Source of the DNA: a virus
Taxonomy: Duplodnaviria; Heunggongvirae; Uroviricota; Caudoviricetes
Strand: one strand, 5' to 3'
DNA: 45,340 bases
IMG/VR virus record: IMGVR_UViG_2537561977_000033
Below, piece by piece: positions 1-8,460 of the stretch. Made by a program: the position numbers and the translations under genes. The notes under the pieces were generated by a model. The model was not told where the DNA came from, did no database searches, and worked only from the letters and a program-made list of their open reading frames with translations. Every line of letters starts with the position of its first letter. Positions within the stretch are counted from its first letter, which is position 1.

Positions 1-1284
1 TTACAGACTTCTGGAAGGTTGCGCAGCTCTTACAACACGCGGTTGATCTTCCGCAGCGTCTTCCAGCGCACTTAAATCACGGTCTTTCACCTCTGGCATT
101 TTCAGCGCAGAGATTAAACCAATTACTGAATATGCCATGATCATAATGGCGATCGGATACCAGGATTCCGTCATGGTGCAGAAAATACCCGCCAGGATAG
201 GACCAAAACCGGAAGCGATAAGACCACCAATTTCTTTAGAAATAGCCATCCGGGTAAAGCGGTTTTTACAGCCGAACATTTCTGCCATGGTAATGTTTTC
301 CAGAGCAAATAATCCCAGCACCGCACAGTTATGAATCACAATCAGTGCAACCATAATGGTGCTCGGGGCATAGCTTTTATCTACAATGATAGAAAGCATT
401 GGCCATGCCAGCACAATCGCGGAGGTATTCATAATAATATACGGGATCCGGCGACCAATTTTATCGGATAACCAACCAAGGAACGGAATGGTCATAAAGC
501 CGAGAATCGAACTAATCATCAATGCATCTGTTGGAATTGCTTTGTTAAACAATAACGTCTGCACTAAATAGCCTGCAAGGAAAGTCTGAATTAACCCGGA
601 GTTACCCGCCTGACCAAAACGCAGCCCTGTTGCCAGCCAGAAGGATTTGCTCTGGAACATGCTACCAGCAGGTGCAGGTTTTGCTGTGGGTTGGTTGCTG
701 TCATTAACCTTCTCAAAGACCGGGCTTTCTTTCAGATTCATACGTAACCAGATAGCAAAGACCATCACGACAACGCTCGCCAGGAACGGTATACGCCATC
801 CCCACGCCAGCAGTTCCTCTTTACTGAGAATGAAGAACATAAAGGCCCAGATTGCCGTTGCGCTCAAGGTTCCGCAGTTAGTTCCCATAGCTACAAATGA
901 GGAGATAATTCCGCGCTTACCTTTTGGTGCATATTCCGCCAGCATCGTACCGGCACCGGAAATTTCCGCACCTGCACCCAACCCCTGAATAATACGCAGC
1001 GTCACCAGCAAGATGGGGGCAAAAACACCAATCTGTGCATAGGTCGGTAACACACCAATTAAGGTGGTACAGATCCCCATCATGGTGATGGTAATAAAGA
1101 GCACTTTTTTACGCCCTATTCTGTCGCCCATTTTGCCGAAAATAAATGCTCCGACAATACGCGCCACATAACCCTCACCGTAGGTTCCCATTGCCAAAAT
1201 TAACGCCATTGCCGTTGATGATTCAGGAAAAAATATTTCATGAAACACTAACGCTGCGCCGAGCGAATATAACTGGAAATCCAT
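1..1284 (-). CDS. ydfJ: MFS-family transporter, 427 aa, probably N-terminally shortened
   Basis: Long minus-strand ORF with multiple hydrophobic segments and MFS loop motif GKMGDRIGRKK only ~50 aa from the start; matches my memory of E. coli YdfJ. Stop codon at 1-3. Confidence 0.75.
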   Translation of the reverse strand: MDFQLYSLGAALVFHEIFFPESSTAMALILAMGTYGEGYVARIVGAFIFGKMGDRIGRKKVLFITITMMGICTTLIGVLPTYAQIGVFAPILLVTLRIIQGLGAGAEISGAGTMLAEYAPKGKRGIISSFVAMGTNCGTLSATAIWAFMFFILSKEELLAWGWRIPFLASVVVMVFAIWLRMNLKESPVFEKVNDSNQPTAKPAPAGSMFQSKSFWLATGLRFGQAGNSGLIQTFLAGYLVQTLLFNKAIPTDALMISSILGFMTIPFLGWLSDKIGRRIPYIIMNTSAIVLAWPMLSIIVDKSYAPSTIMVALIVIHNCAVLGLFALENITMAEMFGCKNRFTRMAISKEIGGLIASGFGPILAGIFCTMTESWYPIAIMIMAYSVIGLISALKMPEVKDRDLSALEDAAEDQPRVVRAAQPSRSL

Positions 1285-1887
1285 AATTCACAGGTGTTTT
1301 TTCCCATCCTGTGGTTTCCTTGGCGTTTTCTAGGTTTTTTCAGATAGTTGCATTTTTTAAAAAGCATCCTAAGTTCGATCTCAGTGTCTATCTGGGGCCT
1401 ATTTCTGTCCCATATATGCCCCAAAAAAACTCCCCAACAGATAAGTAGCTTTTTCATGGATTTATGCGTAAAATCAAGAACGGCTGGAAATCATTCAATA
1501 CTCACACTATCGAAAAATTTACCAGCCAACCGCAGCACGTTCTTGCATAAGGCGTGTCTGCGGTTTTTCAACTATTCAGATACATCACTCCCATCACATT
1601 CATTCCTCCGCATCAAAGGCATATAGGCTATATCACCTTGATATTTTTCTTTTTCAGATAAAAACTGTTATCTATGTATACTTTTAAACCCAATCCGTGT
1701 AGAGTCTCTGCATAAGATAGTTTGCAGTTGCCGCTTCAGCTTGCGCCATAAATCGCCTGATTTTTGCTGCCACCTGTTAGCATTCCTGTATACCTGAAAC
1801 GACAATGTTTATCTACGAACTTTAAGAACACCCAAGATAAAAATTGTCAACTATATCATATATAACACATTACTAATTCGAGGCTAT

Positions 1888-2001
1888 ATGAACAGCATAC
1901 TGATAATCACATCTCTCCTTATCATATTCAGCATTTTTAGTCATGCCCTAATAAAATTAGGGATTGGCATATCCAATAACCCAGACAAAACCGATGTATA
2001 A
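1888..2001 (+). CDS. small hydrophobic peptide ORF, 37 aa ([37 protein letters not shown])
   Basis: ATG preceded by GAGG 5 nt upstream; single predicted TM helix; not in the supplied ORF track (too short). Speculative. Confidence 0.25.
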
Positions 2002-2069
2002 GTCAACATATCCTGAATCAGACATACAATATCGCAATGAAAATCAATAATATTTTAAGGAATATCTTC

Positions 2070-2303
2070 ATGAAATCAAAAGACACCCTAAAGTGGTTCC
2101 CTGCGCAGCTTCCTGAAGTAAGAATTATCCTAGGGGATGCTGTAGTGGAAGTAGCAAAACAGGGAAGACCTATCAATACCAGAACATTGCTTGATTACAT
2201 TGAAGGAAACATAAAGAAAAAATCATGGCTGGATAACAAAGAATTATTACAAACAGCGATATCAGTTCTTAAAGACAACCAAAATTTAAATGGTAAAATG
2301 TAA
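2070..2303 (+). CDS. ydfK: YdfK/YnaE-family small prophage protein, 77 aa from the internal Met
   Basis: ORF 2037-2303; AAGGAA Shine-Dalgarno precedes the ATG at 2070 (MKSKDTLKWFPAQLPEV...); recalled similarity to K-12 YdfK/YnaE. Confidence 0.55.
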   Translation: MKSKDTLKWFPAQLPEVRIILGDAVVEVAKQGRPINTRTLLDYIEGNIKKKSWLDNKELLQTAISVLKDNQNLNGKM

Positions 2304-2591
2304 TATAATAAACTTACTTTTTTATCATTTTTCCACTTTAACAACATTTTGCTCCACTTTTCCACGACCAAACAACTTGAAATCTGGTTAAAATAACACG
2401 CAACACTATTCTTCTTCCTTGAGTCCGCCCGGAACTCGAAAAACAAACCGAGTTAAAGCCATTTTTCACAAAATCGATTTTGGGTTTCACCAAAATTACG
2501 GGGTTGCATACGCATTCGTTTATTTTCGAACGTGTAGGTAATGCTGCCAACTTACTGATTTAGTGTATGATGGTGATTTTAAGGTGCTTGC

Positions 2592-2867
2592 GTGGCTTCC
2601 ATTTCCATCAGATGTCCTTCCTGCTCCGCTACTGAAGGCGTGGTGCGTAACGGCAAAAGCACTGCCGGACATCAGCGCTATCTCTGCTCTCATTGCCGTA
2701 AAACATGGCAACTACAGTTCACTTACACCGCCTCTCAGCCCGGTACGCACCAGAAAATCATTGATATGGCCATGAATGGCGTCGGATGTCGCGCCAGTGC
2801 ACGCATTATGGGCGTTGGCCTCAACACGGTTTTACGTCACTTAAAAAACTCAGGCCGCAGTCGGTAA
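2592..2867 (+). CDS. insA: IS1 InsA, 91 aa
   Basis: [43 protein letters not shown]... matches IS1 InsA from memory. Confidence 0.85.
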   Translation: MASISIRCPSCSATEGVVRNGKSTAGHQRYLCSHCRKTWQLQFTYTASQPGTHQKIIDMAMNGVGCRASARIMGVGLNTVLRHLKNSGRSR

Positions 2868-3289
2868 CCTCGCGCATACAACCGGGCAGTGATGTGATTG
2901 TCTGCGCTGAAATGGACGAACAGTGGGGCTACGTCGGTGCTAAATCACGTCAGCGCTGGCTGTTTTACGCGTATGACAGGATACGGAGGACGGTTGTGGC
3001 GCACGTCTTCGGTGAACGCACTCTGGCCACACTGGAGCGTCTTCTGAGCCTGCTGTCGGCCTTTGAGGTCGTGGTATGGATGACGGATGGCTGGCCGCTG
3101 TATGAATCACGCCTGAAGGGAAAGCTGCACGTTATCAGCAAGCGTTACACTCAGCGCATTGAGCGACATAATCTGAATCTGAGACAACATCTGGCAAGGC
3201 TGGGACGGAAGTCACTGTCGTTCTCAAAATCGGTGGAGCTGCATGACAAGGTCATCGGGCATTATCTGAACATAAAACACTATCAGTAA
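2786..3289 (+). CDS. insB: IS1 InsB reading frame, 167 aa (normally made as InsAB' by frameshifting)
   Basis: [16 protein letters not shown]...[13 protein letters not shown]... matches IS1 InsB; overlaps insA in another frame. Confidence 0.85.
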   Translation: MSRQCTHYGRWPQHGFTSLKKLRPQSVTSRIQPGSDVIVCAEMDEQWGYVGAKSRQRWLFYAYDRIRRTVVAHVFGERTLATLERLLSLLSAFEVVVWMTDGWPLYESRLKGKLHVISKRYTQRIERHNLNLRQHLARLGRKSLSFSKSVELHDKVIGHYLNIKHYQ

Positions 3290-3395
3290 GTTGGAGTCAT
3301 TACCAACGTGTACATACAAATATGCACAAAAATAATCATAATTATTTTCTGAGATGCATTATGATATGAACACCAATTTCGTATAGAGTCTCACT

Positions 3396-3986
3396 ATGTC
3401 TCGAATTTTTGCTTACTGTCGGATATCAACGCTGGATCAGACCACCGAAAATCAACGCCGGGAAATCGAAAGTGCAGGTTTTAAAATCAAACCTCAGCAA
3501 ATAATCGAAGAACACATTAGCGGCTCAGCAGCAACCAGTGAGCGTCCTGGTTTTAACCGGTTGCTTGCTCGCCTGAAATGTGGTGATCAATTGATTGTGA
3601 CAAAACTGGATCGCCTTGGTTGTAATGCAATGGATATCAGGAAAACAGTGGAACAACTGACCGAAACAGGTATCAGAGTGCATTGCTTAGCATTGGGGGG
3701 CATTGACCTGACCAGTCCAACAGGAAAAATGATGATGCAAGTAATTTCAGCAGTCGCTGAATTTGAACGAGACCTTTTACTTGAACGCACTCATTCCGGG
3801 ATAGTAAGAGCCCGCGGCGCAGGGAAACGTTTTGGTCGACCACCTGTGTTAAATGAAGAACAGAAACAGGCGGTATTCGAACGAATTAAGTCAGGTGTAA
3901 GTATAAGTGCCATTGCCCGGGAATTCAAAACCTCGCGGCAAACCATTTTAAGAGCCAAAGCAAAACTTCAGACACCTGACATATAA
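3396..3986 (+). CDS. pin: Pin/Gin/Hin-family serine DNA invertase, 196 aa
   Basis: [20 protein letters not shown]... with the catalytic Ser in the YCRIS motif and a C-terminal HTH; matches Pin of E. coli cryptic prophages. Confidence 0.85.
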   Translation: MSRIFAYCRISTLDQTTENQRREIESAGFKIKPQQIIEEHISGSAATSERPGFNRLLARLKCGDQLIVTKLDRLGCNAMDIRKTVEQLTETGIRVHCLALGGIDLTSPTGKMMMQVISAVAEFERDLLLERTHSGIVRARGAGKRFGRPPVLNEEQKQAVFERIKSGVSISAIAREFKTSRQTILRAKAKLQTPDI

Positions 3987-4082
3987 AAATAATCTCGGTG
4001 TGAGATGCTTTACGTCTTCCAAGCCCCCTTCCTTGCCGTAAATGGAAAGATACATCTAATTATAGAATTTATATGTTTTACC

Positions 4083-4658
4083 CTACGGCAGTGCTGGCCA
4101 TTCAATATCCTGTGCAGTTGACGTATCAACACGGTTCAGCAATACCCGATACTTTTTCCATGCTTCCAGCAACGAGATTTCTTCCTCCGTTGCAATTTCC
4201 AGATCTGCAGCATCCTGAAGCGGCGCAATATGCTCACTGGCTACCTGCATCAGGTTGTTTTTTGTTTCTTCCGCCTCCCGGATCCGGAACAGTTTTTCTG
4301 CTTCCGTATCCTTCACCCAGGCTGTGCCGTTCCACTTCTGAAACTCCCCTTCCGGCGATAACCAGGTAACATTTTCCGGTAACGGACCGAGTTCAGAAAT
4401 AAATAACGCGTCGCCGGAAGCCACGTCATAAACCGTTTTACCCCGATGATCTTCAACGAGATGCCACGATGACTCATCACTGTTGAAAACAGCCACGAAG
4501 CCAGCCGGAATATCTGGCGGTGCAATATCGGTACTGTTTGCTGGCAGACCTGTATGAGGCGGAATATATGCATCACCTTCACCAATAAATTCATTAGTTC
4601 CGGCCAGCAGATTATAAATTTTTATGGTCCGTGGTTGTTCACTCATTCTGAATGCCAT
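4083..4658 (-). CDS. tfa: tail fiber assembly protein, 191 aa
   Basis: Immediately downstream of the fiber gene with start/stop overlap at 4656-4660; sequence matches remembered TfaQ/lambda Tfa. Confidence 0.8.
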
Positions 4659-6313
4659 TATGCAAGCCTCACAATATAGTTAAATGCGATGTTTTTGACG
4701 GTGTTTTCCGCGTTACCAGCAGCGTTAACGGTGATGGTGTGTCCATGTGAACCAATCGCAACGGAGTGCGTATGAGCACCAATACCGACAGTATGTGCAT
4801 GTGCGCCTGCGCTTGCAGCAGTACCGGACAGCGAGTGGGTATGAGCACCATCTGATGATGTCTTCCCTGCATTACGAGTCTGGCCACTACCGCTTGTTGT
4901 GCTCATAATCCCCGCGCTTAGATTTGAAATCGCGGTATAACCATTAGGGAAAATGCTCGTGTTCGTGCCACCAAATGCACCGGAACTCTTGTGTTGGTGC
5001 GCACCGGCACTATTTGCGGTCCCGCTAATACTATGGGTATGCGCCCCGGTGTTATTCGTGGATTTGGTTCCGTAATCAAACGACGATGTGGTTTTCGTCC
5101 CCAAATCCGTACTGGATGCGCTGGCGCTGTGGGTGTGCGATTTAATGCCGTCCTGTTCCTGAGTTAATACGGCCCGACCACTGGCGGGCTTGCCCTTAAT
5201 CGTCCAGCCACGCATATCAGGGATCACGCCTGACGGATAAGCAACTGCAAGTTTCGGGTATGCAGATTTGTCAAAAGTCTGCCCCTGCATCAGGGCATAA
5301 CCAGACGGAACGGTATCTGATGGCCACGGGATTGGTGCACCGACTGGATAAAACTCTGCAGGAGGATGAGCCGAGGTGTAAAGCTGCGCCCACGGCGACC
5401 AGTTTGCGTCGGTCGTATCCCGTCGTGAACGAATAAATGCCGGAGCATGAGCACCGCTTGTACCACTCCAGCCGATGAGTAACTCACCTTCGCCAACGGC
5501 TGTCATCCCTTTCAGGTGAATGATATTTCCATACGCTGTTGGATATCCGTTGTTATACACCTCGTATAACTCAAGACCTGCTGCCCCCTGCGTATTGTCT
5601 GTCAGCGCGGTTACCCGACCTTTTGAAGCCAGATTAACTGATGATACTGCTGTTCCACCTGACGGTAACGCCCCGATCTCTGATGCCGTTGGCTTATTTC
5701 TGGAGTTATAGTCCCTTCGCCAGCCAGGTGAATAATCTGTTCCGTGATTAATATAGGTAAACTGGGCGTTAGTTGTTCCACCACCAGTGGAGGTGGTCGG
5801 TGTGGTAATGCGGATCGTCATCGCTGACTTTATCCCCATTACTTCAATGACAGCTCCGGCGAGATGAATATTACCGCAGTCAGTATCAGTAATGATTTTA
5901 TTATTGCCATAAGACCAGGACCCCTTGCACATCCAGTAGGGATGGTTAAATGCTCCCTGAGAATCCAGCCACTCGATAAACTGTGCAGTCGTCCAGTTTC
6001 CTGTTGTTGTGCTTACTGACCCACCGAAGGCACGGCAGGCACCAATATTTTTCGTAAAGGTATCTTTGCCAGGGATATCCGCACCGTTCTGATCTTTCTG
6101 CAGACGTTTCTCAGCATTGTCATTGGCTGCTTTTACTGCCTTTGGCGTTGCCGCCAGCGTTTCAGACGTGCTGTTGGTCGCGCTGCTTAACTGGATTATC
6201 CCTTTGTGCTGTCGTTGCATCCTGTGCGGTGTATTTCCCGTTAGCCAGGTCATACGCGGCCTTAACGGCTTTTGGCGTTGCCGCCTGTGACTCGGAAGTG
6301 CTGTTGGTCGCAC
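4658..6313 (-). CDS. stf: side tail fiber, C-terminal distal part; frame differs from the upstream stf part, real translation start unclear
   Basis: C-terminus ...[40 protein letters not shown] matches lambda Stf; carries the conserved box [26 protein letters not shown] near its N-terminus; first ~35 codons look like out-of-frame read-through. Confidence 0.7.
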
Positions 6314-6335
6314 TACTGAGCTGGACTATCCCCTT
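6141..6335. repeat. two direct copies (~64 bp each, ~130 bp apart) of the conserved tail-fiber recombination box
   Basis: 6141-6204 and 6271-6335 align with about 15 mismatches and one 1-nt length difference; both encode ...[11 protein letters not shown]...ATPKAVKAA in different frames. Confidence 0.8.
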
Positions 6336-7736
6336 TTTCGTCGTGCTCGCATCCTCAAGCGCCACGGCGGATGCAATATCCTCTGCCCGTTTTGCCGCTG
6401 TCTCGGCGCGCGTTGCCGCGGTTTCTGCCGTACTTTTGCTCTGTGCTGCCGCTGTCGCACTGCCAGCAGCCTCTGTCGCCTTCGTGGATGCTGTCGTGGC
6501 GCTGCCCTTCGCTGCTGACGCCTGTCTGGTCGCCTCATCTTTTGAAGCTGACGCCGATGATGCCGATGAAGCCGCCGAACTGGCGGACGATGCGGCAGCC
6601 GTTTTTGAGGATTCTGCGCTGGTTTCCGACGCTTTCGCGTTCGTCTCGGATGTCTTCGCTGCGGAAGCAGACCTCGCTGCTGCACTGGCCTGTTCAGTGG
6701 CTTCGCCAGCCTTCGTTGTGGCTGTTGAAGCAGACGAGGCGGCACTTTCTGCCGACTTTCCGGCAGCGGTGGCACTGGCTGAGGCCTGCCCGGCACTTGT
6801 TGACGCGGTACTGGCAGATGATGCAGCCGCTGTTTTTGAGCCTGCCGCAGCTGAGGCACTCTGTCCCGCTGCCGTTTCAGAAGACCTGGCGTTCGTCTCG
6901 GACGTCTTTGCCGCCTTCGCGGAATTTCCTGCCGCCGTTGCCGAGGAAGCGGCACTACTGGCGCTTGATGATGCGTTCGTTTCTGATGATTTCGCTGCCT
7001 CTTTTGAGGCCGCCGCATCCCGGGCTGAGGTGGCAGCTTCTGACGCCTTTGTGGTCGCTGCGGATGCAGAAGTGGCTGCAGATTTTTGTGACGCTGCCGC
7101 ATTCGTTTCTGACGTTTTCGCCGCACCGGCACTGGTAGCTGCCGCGCTTTTTGAGGACTCTGCAGCGGCAGCACTTTTTGATGCTTCAGTAGCCTTTGTT
7201 GATGCCGTTCCTGCGCTGGAAGACGCTGACTGAGCCGACGTCGCGGCCTGCCCGGCTGATGTGCTGGCTGCACGTGCTGAGCCTGCAGCATCAGTCGCAT
7301 GGGTTGCCGCCTCACGGGCTGATGTGCCGGCATCGCCGGCTGACTTCTTCGCGGCTGCCGTGTTCTGTGCCACCGCGGACGCGTTACGCGCCACCTCTTC
7401 CACCATCAGCTCAAAACGGCGCAGTGCCTCCGGACGGGCATCATCCTCCGTCATGGCACCGAGAAAATCATTCAGCGTACCGGGTCGGGAATCTTCATAC
7501 ACGGTGATGGTCCCGGCATGTGACGGCGGGAATCCTTCCACCAACAGAATAACGCTGTACTGACCGTACTCAACGTCCATACTGTAACGCCCGGCTTCAT
7601 CCGGATTTTCTGAGGCCAGCGTGTTCACCACCACCGTGGTGCTGTTACGTTTTGCTTTCAGCTGGATTGTGCAGTTCTGTACCGGTTTTCCTGTGCCGTC
7701 TTTCAGTACACCTGAAATCTTTACTGCCATATTCAC
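6162..7736 (-). CDS. stf: side tail fiber, N-terminal proximal part, 524 aa, Ala/Ser-rich repeats
   Basis: N-terminus [37 protein letters not shown]... matches lambda Stf; ends shortly after the conserved box, inside the second copy of the repeat. Confidence 0.75.
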   Translation of the reverse strand: MNMAVKISGVLKDGTGKPVQNCTIQLKAKRNSTTVVVNTLASENPDEAGRYSMDVEYGQYSVILLVEGFPPSHAGTITVYEDSRPGTLNDFLGAMTEDDARPEALRRFELMVEEVARNASAVAQNTAAAKKSAGDAGTSAREAATHATDAAGSARAASTSAGQAATSAQSASSSAGTASTKATEASKSAAAAESSKSAAATSAGAAKTSETNAAASQKSAATSASAATTKASEAATSARDAAASKEAAKSSETNASSSASSAASSATAAGNSAKAAKTSETNARSSETAAGQSASAAAGSKTAAASSASTASTSAGQASASATAAGKSAESAASSASTATTKAGEATEQASAAARSASAAKTSETNAKASETSAESSKTAAASSASSAASSASSASASKDEATRQASAAKGSATTASTKATEAAGSATAAAQSKSTAETAATRAETAAKRAEDIASAVALEDASTTKKGIVQLSSATNSTSESQAATPKAVKAAYDLANGKYTAQDATTAQRDNPVKQRDQQHV

Positions 7737-7741
7737 CCCAC

Positions 7742-7768
7742 AAAAAAGCCCGCCTGAACCGGCGGGCT
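7742..7768 (-). terminator. rho-independent terminator downstream of lom
   Basis: On the minus strand GCCCGCCGGTTCAGGCGGGC followed by TTTTTT. Confidence 0.5.
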
Positions 7769-7794
7769 GTCATAACACTGTGTTACCTGGCTAA

Positions 7795-8394
7795 TCAGAA
7801 TTTATAACCGACACCCACGATGAAACTGTTGGTACGCCAGTCACCGCTGCCGGAGCCTTCATAAGCGACGTCAACGGCCACGGATTCGGTCGGGTTAAAC
7901 TGCACGCCAGCTCCCCACGCCAGAGACGTGTTGCTGTGGCGACCGTCATCACTTCCGGTCAGCACATCGTGCGTTTTCCCCTTGTTGTCAGTTACGCGGA
8001 TATAATCTCCGGAGAAAGTCGAAACACGGCTGTAAGCCATACCCGCCATCGCATACGCGCTGAACCATTCATTCACGCGCACAGACGGCCCCGCCATCAC
8101 GCTGAACCAGCGGTTACGCACGGAATCTTCATGCCAGCGGGTATCGCTGTAATGCGTTTTTTGCTCATCTTCAGCGTTGGCATAACTGAATGACGTAATC
8201 AGCCCCAGCGTGTCCGTAAACTCATAACGGTATTTCACGTTAATCCCGTTCAGATTATCGCTGCCGGGAGCGTTCGTACGGGCATGAAGATACCCTGCGC
8301 TCAGTGTGGCCTGCTGCTCAGACGCCCATGCAGGCGCACCGAATACGGCCAGACAAATGGCTGCGGACAAAATGGCGGCATAAAGTTTACGCAT
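7795..8394 (-). CDS. lom: Lom outer-membrane protein (Ail/Lom family), 199 aa, with signal peptide
   Basis: [24 protein letters not shown]... ends in a beta-barrel motif ...GVGYKF; lambda Lom position between J and stf. Confidence 0.8.
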   Translation of the reverse strand: MRKLYAAILSAAICLAVFGAPAWASEQQATLSAGYLHARTNAPGSDNLNGINVKYRYEFTDTLGLITSFSYANAEDEQKTHYSDTRWHEDSVRNRWFSVMAGPSVRVNEWFSAYAMAGMAYSRVSTFSGDYIRVTDNKGKTHDVLTGSDDGRHSNTSLAWGAGVQFNPTESVAVDVAYEGSGSGDWRTNSFIVGVGYKF

Positions 8395-8418
8395 AATTAC
8401 CTCTCGCTTTTCTGCAAT

Positions 8419-8441
8419 AAAAAGGCGCCATTTCTGGCGCC
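8419..8441 (-). terminator. candidate rho-independent terminator after J
   Basis: Minus strand GGCGCCAGAAATGGCGCC followed by TTTTT. Confidence 0.4.
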
Positions 8442-8460
8442 CGTATATGGGTTATAAAAT

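Larger units (their letters stand above)
2537..3304 (+). mobile_element. IS1 insertion sequence, 768 bp, with 8-bp target site duplication AACGTGTA
   Basis: Left end GGTAATGCTGCCAACTTACTGAT at 2537, right end ...GTTGGAGTCATTACC at 3304; AACGTGTA at 2529-2536 and again at 3305-3312. Confidence 0.9.

Noticed and set aside
2461-2490. Palindrome CACAAAATCGATTTTGGG considered as a Pin crossover (pix) site
   Set aside because: Only ~10 of 26 positions agree with the Gin/Hin-family site pattern as I remember it (AAACC..GGTTT core) and no inverted partner was found; kept only as a note in the pin finding.
6142-7333. Plus-strand 363-aa ORF and minus-strand 335-aa and 255-aa ORFs overlapping stf
   Set aside because: Low-complexity Ala- or Arg/Pro/Gln-rich translations produced by the repetitive stf DNA in alternative frames; the stf frame matches lambda Stf.
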